From a virus: 64,000 nucleotides of DNA. Below the pieces are notes generated by a model, which made no database searches, was not told where the DNA came from, and saw only the letters and a program-made list of their open reading frames with translations. Where the stretch lies: positions 1,293-65,292 of IMG/VR virus record IMGVR_UViG_3300021399_000164. One strand, written 5' to 3'. Of the stretch, positions 46,405 to 54,988 are shown in pieces (position 1 is the stretch's first letter; each line of letters begins with the position of its first letter). A program made the position numbers and the translations under genes.

Positions 46405-48176
46405 ATCATACTTAATTTATTCATTATATTTTCGATTCTTGTTGAATGATGGATACGCATTTTTTGCTTTACAGCATTCTCTTCGTCATCGACATTGAGC
46501 ATACCCAACATTTCATCATCACTTATGTTTCTTTTGACCATACCTGCATCATCCCTAAGCATACGATAGCAATCATAACAAGTCGCGCCACAAAGCATAA
46601 TAACATTGTCAGTCAAGTCGGGCGACATTCCTTTCAGGAATTGTTTCATTTGCTCTTTACCGATGACGCATATTCTTCCATTTGGTGTCTTTCCGAATTG
46701 AAATATCTTGCTTTCAAAAATCATGTGTTTCAAGATTGTTGTCGCACCAATAGCACGCATATGTTGATGCATATATCTCATCGTTGCAAGACGTGGTTCA
46801 TAGTGTATAAGTCCTGACTTTATCATCTCCATAGCAAGATGTGTCGCTTCGTCTTTCATACTACGATATTGGTTCTTGCTTCTCCGCGATGTCTGACCAG
46901 CACCGCTGAAAAACAATCCTTTTGGATAACAGTCTTTCAAGAACCCGAATCCTTGCACGTCAAGAATGATTTCACGTTGTTGCAAGTCGTGTTTCCTTGC
47001 AAAATTGTTAATCATCATGATTGCCTCTTTGTTCGTGTTCTTGATTGAGTAATATATATCACGGCATACATATCCATAGTGCGACCACAATTCCCAATAT
47101 TTCATAACAAGATTATCAAAGCCAGTTGTAGCCATGTCCACCGTCATAAATCGTTTCAAAACAACGGTGTCATATTCTTGTCTGATTGGCTTGAACATAC
47201 GTTCTATATCCATCGGACTGACTTGTATGTTGGTCATGTCCTCTTCATCAGGCTCTTCATCTTCCAATGAATAATTCCAATTGACACTATAAGCACTTGA
47301 TGCACTGACCGAGTTGGCGGCAAGTCCACGATAACCTTTGTTTTTCGCCAACATCTTCTTGTTGTCACGAACATCAAACGTAAAGAAAACCATTGATAGG
47401 ATAAAGTCCTCATAGGACATATCAGGGTCTTGTGCTACAAGTGCATCAATATGGTCTTTGCATTTCATATAGACCTCACGTTTTGTCCTTCCGAAATATG
47501 TCTTATCCAAATCTCCTTCTTGCATATTGAAAAACATAACGACGCCATCCATTGACTTGTCGATTGTGCCATCATCGTTTATCCAACCGCCGCCATGTTC
47601 TCCTTTTCCACACAACTTACGCAAAAAACATTCACGTTCTGGATTCTGTGCCAAGAATATTTGCGCTTTTCCACTTGAATCTGAACGAAGACGGGGAAAG
47701 AAAGACGTGATAGTTCTCCATTGAAATTTGTTGCACTCATCAAAGATAAGTTTCTTTGCTTGTAAACCTTTGACTATCTTATCAATCACGACAGGACTTT
47801 CATTGTCAAGTTGTTGGAATTTCAGTTCACTTCCATTGTACAACTTCATACCCATATCCACTTGGTTTCTGATTATCTCGCCAATAGGGTCATGCGGTTG
47901 TTTCTTGACTGACCTGTCTATCAATGGGTACATTTTCTTTAGTGTGTCGTTCACTTTTCCAGCCCCCCAGAAGTCTGACACGTTACGCATGAAACAAACA
48001 ATCTTCGCATTGTCGTTCTCCGCAAGGTATTGTATTGGGGCATAATATAACGCATAAGACTTTCCACCGCCTGTTCCACCAGTAAAACAAACGATGTCAG
48101 CATTGGAACGGATTGCCTTTCTTTGGTTTCCCTCTTCCAATGGTGCGAGTACTATGTCGTTCTTTTTCTTTTTCAT
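46401..48176 (-). CDS. terL: terminase large subunit
   Basis: GGTGGGKS, IFDE, QNP, nuclease VDMA..G.D, SPDLTD. Confidence 0.9.
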   Translation of the reverse strand: MKKKKNDIVLAPLEEGNQRKAIRSNADIVCFTGGTGGGKSYALYYAPIQYLAENDNAKIVCFMRNVSDFWGAGKVNDTLKKMYPLIDRSVKKQPHDPIGEIIRNQVDMGMKLYNGSELKFQQLDNESPVVIDKIVKGLQAKKLIFDECNKFQWRTITSFFPRLRSDSSGKAQIFLAQNPERECFLRKLCGKGEHGGGWINDDGTIDKSMDGVVMFFNMQEGDLDKTYFGRTKREVYMKCKDHIDALVAQDPDMSYEDFILSMVFFTFDVRDNKKMLAKNKGYRGLAANSVSASSAYSVNWNYSLEDEEPDEEDMTNIQVSPMDIERMFKPIRQEYDTVVLKRFMTVDMATTGFDNLVMKYWELWSHYGYVCRDIYYSIKNTNKEAIMMINNFARKHDLQQREIILDVQGFGFLKDCYPKGLFFSGAGQTSRRSKNQYRSMKDEATHLAMEMIKSGLIHYEPRLATMRYMHQHMRAIGATTILKHMIFESKIFQFGKTPNGRICVIGKEQMKQFLKGMSPDLTDNVIMLCGATCYDCYRMLRDDAGMVKRNISDDEMLGMLNVDDEENAVKQKMRIHHSTRIENIMNKLSMI

Positions 48177-48196
48177 ATATTCAAACCTTATTCTTT

Positions 48197-48324
48197 TGCA
48201 AAGTTAACTACAACACATTATTATTTTTGTAAGTTTTTTCACTTTTCTTGATAAGAAAATAAGAAAGTAAATAACAAGTAAATGAAATGTAATTTAATTA
48301 TGTATAAATGAAATTATTTTTGCA
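48197..48324. promoter_or_regulatory. divergent promoters for the packaging/lysis and head/tail operons
   Basis: TAACTTTGCA on minus strand (48197-48206) and TATTTTTGCA on plus strand (48315-48324). Confidence 0.55.
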
Positions 48325-48364
48325 AAAATTTTATTTCTTATTAACCCTAAAATTGTAGAAAACA

Positions 48365-49021
48365 ATGACAAAGGAAGATGTTTTACAGAAAGTAAACGAT
48401 TATTGTAACGAGAAAAGTTACACAACGGAAACCCTGACTGATGATTTTAAGGAAAAGTTTGCTGATTTCTTCTCAAAGAAATATGCTGACGATGTTACTT
48501 TTGAGAGTGATGGAGTCCTTAATGACTTGCAATTCAATCTGAACACGGCTTTTTCAGCCACGTCAAAAGGTATAACGGCAAAGGTGAAAGCCTATGAGAC
48601 CCGTGAAAGCGAGTTAAAACGTCAGATAGCAGAGTTGAACAAAAGACTTGGCACACCTAGCCAGAATAAGGAGGTCGACGTTCAAACCCCAATCTTACCT
48701 CCTATTCCACAAGAACTGAAAGACAAGCTTGATAGACTTGAAAAGTTTGAAAACGAGCAACGTCTTTCGGAGAAGTTCAAGGAGGTGATGTCAATAGCGA
48801 AACGAAGCGTCCGTAACGACTTACATAAGTCACTTGAAAGTTATGCGGCTGATTTCGTTGTTAATCTAGAAGAAACGAGTGAGGAACAGGCAAAGAAATT
48901 GACCGCACGTTTCCAAGACATCTTTAGGGAGTCAATTGGCGATATCAAGCCACTTGCCCCACAAGTGACAAGAAAACGTGACGAGGAATTTCTCAACTCA
49001 ATACCAAAAGTGAAAATTTAA
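48365..49021 (+). CDS. putative capsid scaffold protein
   Basis: Charged helical protein upstream of the head genes. Confidence 0.55.
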   Translation: MTKEDVLQKVNDYCNEKSYTTETLTDDFKEKFADFFSKKYADDVTFESDGVLNDLQFNLNTAFSATSKGITAKVKAYETRESELKRQIAELNKRLGTPSQNKEVDVQTPILPPIPQELKDKLDRLEKFENEQRLSEKFKEVMSIAKRSVRNDLHKSLESYAADFVVNLEETSEEQAKKLTARFQDIFRESIGDIKPLAPQVTRKRDEEFLNSIPKVKI

Positions 49022-49043
49022 AACTATAAAAAAATAAGCTATT

Positions 49044-49709
49044 ATGCAAGTAACAAATTTAGCGTATTTTTACGAGACCGCAAAAAAGGTTCGTGGCGGA
49101 AAGTTTGTTTGGGTAAAGGATAGCAATGGTGAGCAGAGAAACAATATCCTCCTTGGGGGAACTATTGGCAACCCAAATAAAGGATTTGGGCATCTTTGGG
49201 CTGCACAGCTTTTGCAATACACCCCAGGTCAGGATATGCTGATTTTCCGCTCTTTTGCAGTCAAATCTGCAAGTGGTACGACTATCAACGTTAAGGCTGA
49301 TGGATATTCTGATGCCCCAGAGGTAGGACAACTTTTGATGAAAGCACCAACTGCAGCAACTGGTACAGGACAGTCGGGTAAGGTGACATCTGTAACATAC
49401 GATGAGACGAATGCACAATTCGTGGTAGTTGTAGACACAGCTCTTGGAACACTGTCTGCCAATGACATCCTTGTCGAGGCAAGTGGTACTGCGGCAAGCG
49501 CAGAGGCAACAGTCCTTGTGCCAAACCCGAATGTCTTTAACGAAGCTGACAGAGACCTTATGCCTACCCAAGGATATGGGCTTGAGAATGCTAATTATAG
49601 TGTTTCTGCCGTTTATAACAAACAGGCTTGGATTGCACGTATGCAGCCGCTGCCACAATACGTTCTTAACAAGAACCGCTCTTACATTGACGGAATTTTT
49701 TGGATTTAA
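49044..49709 (+). CDS. putative head decoration/structural protein
   Basis: A/T/G-rich; between scaffold and capsid. Confidence 0.55.
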   Translation: MQVTNLAYFYETAKKVRGGKFVWVKDSNGEQRNNILLGGTIGNPNKGFGHLWAAQLLQYTPGQDMLIFRSFAVKSASGTTINVKADGYSDAPEVGQLLMKAPTAATGTGQSGKVTSVTYDETNAQFVVVVDTALGTLSANDILVEASGTAASAEATVLVPNPNVFNEADRDLMPTQGYGLENANYSVSAVYNKQAWIARMQPLPQYVLNKNRSYIDGIFWI

Positions 49710-49729
49710 AGAAAGGAGGAAATTAGATT

Positions 49730-50977
49730 ATGGCAAATGCATATAAATACCAATGGACTCCCGATGAGGCGATAGAAAAACTCTATCAGAAGGGATTTAT
49801 GGACGGAACGAACACAGGTTTCCTCCAAACGCTCATAGACAACACGATTGAAATCGAGTCAAACTCGTTCTTTTGGCAAGAGCATTTCGTTGTTGAGGGT
49901 AACGAGTACGACATTGACCTTGGCGACCTGAAAAAGAACCCTGCGTGGACTGTCAACCAAAAGACTGTGAGAACAGTTCCTATGGCTGATGCTATGGCAC
50001 CGCTTTCCGAAACCGCACAACTTGACAACGAAGGTTGGGAGGCAAAGACAGGCTCAATCTACCAATATGGTAAAGGACTTTTTGAAACTTCGATGTCCAA
50101 ACTTGAGCTTCAGGCACGTCTGCAAGAACTCAATGCAACAGACCAGAACCTTGTGACAGGATTTGTTCGTGGAGTTGCCGACTTGGTTAAGTCACACAAC
50201 TACCGTCTTTCACATATGGCAGCACAAGTTCTTTCCTATGGTGGTGCATACACAAATGCAAACACAATGGGATTCAGCGGTGTGAGAACTGTTCAAAGTG
50301 CTTACATTCCTACCGCCAACTTTAAGAATGCTGGTACAAAGGTGTGGAATGACGCAACTTGTGATATTCCGTCACAGATGCAGAAGATTGAGTACGATTT
50401 CAAGGTAGCGAACAACATTCCTGAGGACACTCCATTTGTATGGAACATCCCTTACGATATGGTTGTGAACGTTCTCTTGAAGAACACTTATTTTATCGCT
50501 GAGGTGAATCGTTTCATCCGTCTTTATGCACCTGACAAGGTTGTCATCATCAACAATGGGGCAAGTTCGGTTGACACTAACATAATCACTTGGGAGCAGC
50601 TTGTCGCTTATTCACGTTCAAGTGTATCTAAGATTTCCCCGATTATGATTGTCAAGGAATCTCAGACAGTACAAGACATCACTACCACAACGACTGTCAA
50701 AGGATGGAAACCGAATGTAGCTGTTCTTCGTCCGCTTGGCAACGCTGGTGTGATTGTTCACGCAAAGACTGCCGATGTTCAGTTGATGCAAAGTGGAGAG
50801 ATTAACCCTGCAATCCAGTTCTCTCTTGCGAAGATTCAGAACTTCTTGTATGTAATCAACAAGGTTACACCGAATGGTATGCTGAAATCATATCACACGG
50901 ACGTTATCGGACGTTATGCTCCAGTTCTGAACGAGTCCACATACCATGTATGTGTAGACACGCAGACCGCAGGATAG
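49730..50977 (+). CDS. major capsid protein
   Basis: 415 aa, position in the head module, biased codon usage. Confidence 0.7.
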   Translation: MANAYKYQWTPDEAIEKLYQKGFMDGTNTGFLQTLIDNTIEIESNSFFWQEHFVVEGNEYDIDLGDLKKNPAWTVNQKTVRTVPMADAMAPLSETAQLDNEGWEAKTGSIYQYGKGLFETSMSKLELQARLQELNATDQNLVTGFVRGVADLVKSHNYRLSHMAAQVLSYGGAYTNANTMGFSGVRTVQSAYIPTANFKNAGTKVWNDATCDIPSQMQKIEYDFKVANNIPEDTPFVWNIPYDMVVNVLLKNTYFIAEVNRFIRLYAPDKVVIINNGASSVDTNIITWEQLVAYSRSSVSKISPIMIVKESQTVQDITTTTTVKGWKPNVAVLRPLGNAGVIVHAKTADVQLMQSGEINPAIQFSLAKIQNFLYVINKVTPNGMLKSYHTDVIGRYAPVLNESTYHVCVDTQTAG

Positions 50978-51034
50978 TAAACACAAAGCAACGTTTTTTG
51001 TTTTCATAATAAAATCTGATAAATCTTGTAAGCG

Positions 51035-51415
51035 ATGACAGTATTAGAATGGCTAAAAGCACGAACACGATATAGTTTCAACGAGGACACGTTGATGACT
51101 ATCGCATTGGACAGGGGATGTGACCCATCGGAGGATTTTTATGGCGACACCATCACGGAGCGTCAGAAAGAACTGATGAAAGCTGACATCATCTTCACCG
51201 CAGTTTTGCTTAGTCCTTCTAATACTTCATCATTAAGTCAGAGCCACAATGGTTATCAAAAGACCATAGGGCAGGAACAGGATTTTTATCAAGATAAGAA
51301 GATAGCCTATGCGATTCAGATATATAAGAAATATGATGATGAGAATGCGGCTATTCTTGAAAACACTAAACGTAAAATAAGACAAGTACCTATTGTTGAC
51401 GTTCTGAAATTATGA
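51035..51415 (+). CDS. putative head-tail adaptor
   Basis: Size and synteny. Confidence 0.55.
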   Translation: MTVLEWLKARTRYSFNEDTLMTIALDRGCDPSEDFYGDTITERQKELMKADIIFTAVLLSPSNTSSLSQSHNGYQKTIGQEQDFYQDKKIAYAIQIYKKYDDENAAILENTKRKIRQVPIVDVLKL

Positions 51416-51756
51416 TTGACAAGACAAAAAATGAAATATCGGAATATCCGTACCAAGGTGTCATATATCGTGTCATTCAAGGTAGTGGTGACGATGATGA
51501 CGAGGAAACAATACTCTATGAGGGTATGATGGACGAGCATATGGTTACTGATGAAATAGGCAGTACGTTGCAGTCTTCTTCCTACATCATCTCGATTCCG
51601 CTTACCAAGGACACCGAAGGTCAATGGATTGTGCCACGGAAAGGTGACAGGATTTCTGTTACTGAATACGGCAACACGTTCAGTCTTGTCGTTGACAACG
51701 CAGAGCCGAGTCAGCTTGGCGGTGTAAGCATACACGCAACACGAAACACTTGGTGA
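51412..51756 (+). CDS. putative head closure protein
   Basis: Size, synteny, PRKGDRI. Confidence 0.5.
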   Translation: MIDKTKNEISEYPYQGVIYRVIQGSGDDDDEETILYEGMMDEHMVTDEIGSTLQSSSYIISIPLTKDTEGQWIVPRKGDRISVTEYGNTFSLVVDNAEPSQLGGVSIHATRNTW

Positions 51757-51761
51757 GATTG

Positions 51762-52277
51762 ATGAAATACGTTACAACTAAGTTCAACGCAGAGGTGTTC
51801 AGAAAATCATGGAGTAATGCCGTTGTTGTAAAGCAAACGAAGTTACTTGAAGACTATGCCGTTCAAGAAATGAACAAGATGGCAAAGACACATGATTTCA
51901 AGAATGACACATACAACTTGCAAGACAGTTTATGTTGGGCTTTATACTACAATGGTGAACAGCGCTCTTATGGATTTTATGGAGGTGGTCAAGCAAGAGA
52001 TAAATCATTTCTTCACGCATGGGGCAAGAAAGAAAGCCGTGTTAGTGTTGATGGGCGTGGACTAGCTGAAGCGTTTGTTAATGAATATGAGCCAACAGTC
52101 AAGAGCGGATGGGAAATAATCTTTGCTGCGGTTGCACCTTATGGTGCATATCTTGAATTAGGTTCTACACCAAGAGGAGTCCTTTTTCGTGTGATTTCAC
52201 AAGAGTATGACCAAATAAAGCGGACGCTAAGTTCTCCATGCGTTGTTACCTTTGAAATTAACGCACCTACTTATTAA
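51762..52277 (+). CDS. HK97 gp10-like neck protein
   Basis: TYNLQDS, APYGAYLE.G. Confidence 0.65.
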   Translation: MKYVTTKFNAEVFRKSWSNAVVVKQTKLLEDYAVQEMNKMAKTHDFKNDTYNLQDSLCWALYYNGEQRSYGFYGGGQARDKSFLHAWGKKESRVSVDGRGLAEAFVNEYEPTVKSGWEIIFAAVAPYGAYLELGSTPRGVLFRVISQEYDQIKRTLSSPCVVTFEINAPTY

Positions 52278-52292
52278 TAATTTTTTTGACAA

Positions 52293-53033
52293 ATGATAGA
52301 CAATTCACGTATAAAGATATATGATTTCTTGTACTCGATGTTTTATGATGTCGCTACAAAGAATGTGTATAAGATGGAATGTCCTCAGGAATTGACTGAA
52401 AGTGATGCTATGGACGGTTTCATTGTGTTACGTGTTGGCTCTATCAATGACGAAAGTGAGTTTAGTGGGAATGCTTATATTTGGTCTAGGGTCTATGTGG
52501 AGGCTTACATACCGCCAAAGTCAAGGGGCAGACTTAATAAGAACAAGTTCAATGCATTTGAGAATGCTATAAACGCAATCATAAGAAATTGGAATGACAA
52601 AGTTGGTGACGATGGATATTCCATAGAAGAAGATTCGTTGATATCAACTGATGATTACTATGCCAACAATAAGGATAATCCATTCCATGTTCTTATTAAT
52701 TCTTTTGTCGTATACAAGAATGATGATGTTGATGTTGCTTATTTAGGCGACTTGTATATAGGATTGGGTGGCGCTGAATTGGTTGATGAGTCCTCCGTAG
52801 AAAATCTTGTCAATGTTCAGCATTTTAACATAGATGAGCCGACAGGCGATTATATGATAGCCTTTCCTGATACACATTATTTGTGGTTGTGTACGACAAA
52901 TGTAATATCCAAAGTGGTTTCAAGTGAGATTGACGTTCCGATGGAAGAGCCTATTACTATAGGGAATCTGAAATGCTATCGTTCGTCAAATGCGATATTG
53001 GAAGGCACGATGGAATTTGAGATAATAATTTAA
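52293..53033 (+). CDS. putative tail terminator with extra C-terminal domain
   Basis: Synteny before the tail tube; C-terminal domain shared with 62627-63412. Confidence 0.55.
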   Translation: MIDNSRIKIYDFLYSMFYDVATKNVYKMECPQELTESDAMDGFIVLRVGSINDESEFSGNAYIWSRVYVEAYIPPKSRGRLNKNKFNAFENAINAIIRNWNDKVGDDGYSIEEDSLISTDDYYANNKDNPFHVLINSFVVYKNDDVDVAYLGDLYIGLGGAELVDESSVENLVNVQHFNIDEPTGDYMIAFPDTHYLWLCTTNVISKVVSSEIDVPMEEPITIGNLKCYRSSNAILEGTMEFEIII

Positions 53034-53058
53034 AACTTTAATATTAATATTAAAAGCT

Positions 53059-53568
53059 ATGGCAAAAAAGACAACTGTAAAACCTATCGCATTGGGTTAT
53101 CGTGAGGTTGGTGCAACTGAAGGTGAGTACACCAAACTGATGGGAGTTCTCAAGGGTCTTGCTATTTCTCAGGACGACCCAGAAAGCACCGAAATTGAGG
53201 CTGAATTTTATGACAGTCCGTTTGACATCTTCTATGATGGCAATCCTGTGACTATGACGTTCGAGCTTGCTAACTATGAGCTTTCTGAGCTTACCGCATT
53301 GTTCGGTGGTACGGTTACTGCTGCATCAGCAACCGTTGAGGAATCTTATGAAGGTGCTGCAAACGCATACACAAGTGAGCATGAGTGGAAGCTTGATTTC
53401 GGACGTGGCTACAAGTCACTCGTTATCTTCCGTGGACTGACCATCGGTACTTTGAAGAAGGATGCTGATGGCGCGCTCAACTACAACGTTACAATCACCG
53501 CACTTGTATATACTGATGCGTCTAACAACGACCACATGTACAAGATTGTGGGTGAAAAAAACGGATAA
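53059..53568 (+). CDS. major tail tube protein
   Basis: 169 aa, acidic, upstream of chaperone and tape measure. Confidence 0.75.
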   Translation: MAKKTTVKPIALGYREVGATEGEYTKLMGVLKGLAISQDDPESTEIEAEFYDSPFDIFYDGNPVTMTFELANYELSELTALFGGTVTAASATVEESYEGAANAYTSEHEWKLDFGRGYKSLVIFRGLTIGTLKKDADGALNYNVTITALVYTDASNNDHMYKIVGEKNG

Positions 53569-53954
53569 CGCCTTATTCGGGTAAGATTTCGGGTACTGTT
53601 CCAAGTCTTCCACACTACTTGAATCCAAATACTAATATTAGAATTGATTTAAGTGAGTCATGTAATCCTGTCGATGAGAATAGTCATTTCGTTTGTGAAA
53701 TAGAATATTCAGTAGATGGATATTCAGACCATCCATATATCATTGATTGCATTATAGGGTCGTCAATAACGGGTTCACTCCAAGGTATATTCTTGGATGA
53801 CGAAAACAATAGAGTAGACTTGATGGTTAACTTGCCACGGATTTCAGACCCTATGGTCGGATATATTTATTTGGACAATTGGCGAACATATCAATCGTCA
53901 CGTGATTTTGACAGGGTCGTGATAAAGTCAATAAGGATTGATTGGGATTCGTAA
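53556..53954 (+). CDS. -1 frameshift extension of the tail tube protein
   Basis: A AAA AAC at 53556-53562; -1 frame open from there to 53954. Confidence 0.65.
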   Translation, partial: KKRITPYSGKISGTVPSLPHYLNPNTNIRIDLSESCNPVDENSHFVCEIEYSVDGYSDHPYIIDCIIGSSITGSLQGIFLDDENNRVDLMVNLPRISDPMVGYIYLDNWRTYQSSRDFDRVVIKSIRIDWDS

Positions 53955-54000
53955 TACTCGGATAAGGCAAAAACGCATATAAACGTTTCTCGTGAACTTT

Positions 54001-54040
54001 GGGGCATGGTGTGGGTAAATTGCCCATAGCATGCCCTTTT
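54001..54040 (+). terminator. stem-loop/terminator after the tail tube gene
   Basis: GGGCATG..TGGGT AAATT GCCCA..CATGCCC TTTT. Confidence 0.6.
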
Positions 54041-54114
54041 GTTTATGAGAACGCATTAAAACAACGAATAAAAGCATTTTTTATAATTTATCATAAAACA
54101 AAGTTCACGAAAAT

Positions 54115-54717
54115 ATGAAAAAGAAACAAGAAATAGAAGAAACACTGCAAGACAATGTTAATAACGATGACGAATTGAAAGATTTCAGTTTGGATGTTAA
54201 GAAAGACATTGTTGATGTATTGAATGACTGTCCGTCACTCGTCAGGCTTGGTGAAAAGGAATTTGCAGTCAAGAACATGAGATATTATTCTTTGTTCAGA
54301 ATTTGCAAGTTGGCACTTGCGATGAAAGAAAACGAGGAAATGGACGATGACAATAAGTTGGTGACTGCATTGTGTACGGACTTGGATGCGATGTGTGAGA
54401 TAGTAGCGATAATCCTATGCAACCACATGTTTACAAGTGATGGCGACAAGATTGACGACTTTGGTGAATATATGTCAAGAAATGACAAGTTGATTCAGAA
54501 AGCGAAGATGTATGTAATGGAAAGTACTTTCGATGTAGGGCAATGGGCTGCCATAATACTTGGGGCTATAAAAAGCATAGACTTGTCTGGTTTTTTTTTA
54601 CTCAAAAAATCGGTGAGTACGCTTACGGATTCGCTCTTGACGAGGAAGAAGAAGTCAGCGGAGACAGCATCACAGTTTATGGAAGCACTGTCATTGCAGA
54701 CGCAAGTGACTTCATAA
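54115..54717 (+). CDS. tail assembly chaperone (gpG-like)
   Basis: Between tail tube and tape measure; contains a slippery T9A site. Confidence 0.75.
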   Translation: MKKKQEIEETLQDNVNNDDELKDFSLDVKKDIVDVLNDCPSLVRLGEKEFAVKNMRYYSLFRICKLALAMKENEEMDDDNKLVTALCTDLDAMCEIVAIILCNHMFTSDGDKIDDFGEYMSRNDKLIQKAKMYVMESTFDVGQWAAIILGAIKSIDLSGFFLLKKSVSTLTDSLLTRKKKSAETASQFMEALSLQTQVTS

Positions 54718-54962
54718 GGACTTTCACACAATACACGTTGTCGGATTATATGTACAATCTGAGTATAGCACAGATTCAGTTCATGTCCGTTGACAACACC
54801 CACACCAAATACCTTAAAGGCAAGGACAAGAAGGCTTGGGAAAACTACAAAGAAGCTTTGAAGGCTCAGCAATCCCTTGATAACTTTATTGGTAACTTTG
54901 ACATTCCAGACCTTGCCGAAGGTGAAGAATACGAAATTCCTGTAAGGAAGAAAAAACATTGA
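54591..54962 (+). CDS. tail chaperone -1 frameshift part (gpGT-like)
   Basis: GGT TTT TTT TTA at 54589-54600; -1 frame open to 54962. Confidence 0.7.
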   Translation, partial: FFFTQKIGEYAYGFALDEEEEVSGDSITVYGSTVIADASDFIRTFTQYTLSDYMYNLSIAQIQFMSVDNTHTKYLKGKDKKAWENYKEALKAQQSLDNFIGNFDIPDLAEGEEYEIPVRKKKH

Positions 54963-54988
54963 ATTTCAAACGATAAAAATATTTAGAT

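Noticed and set aside
54589-54600. Tail chaperone slippery site as a novelty
   Set aside because: Annotated as a feature, but the G/GT -1 frameshift is standard in long-tailed phages.
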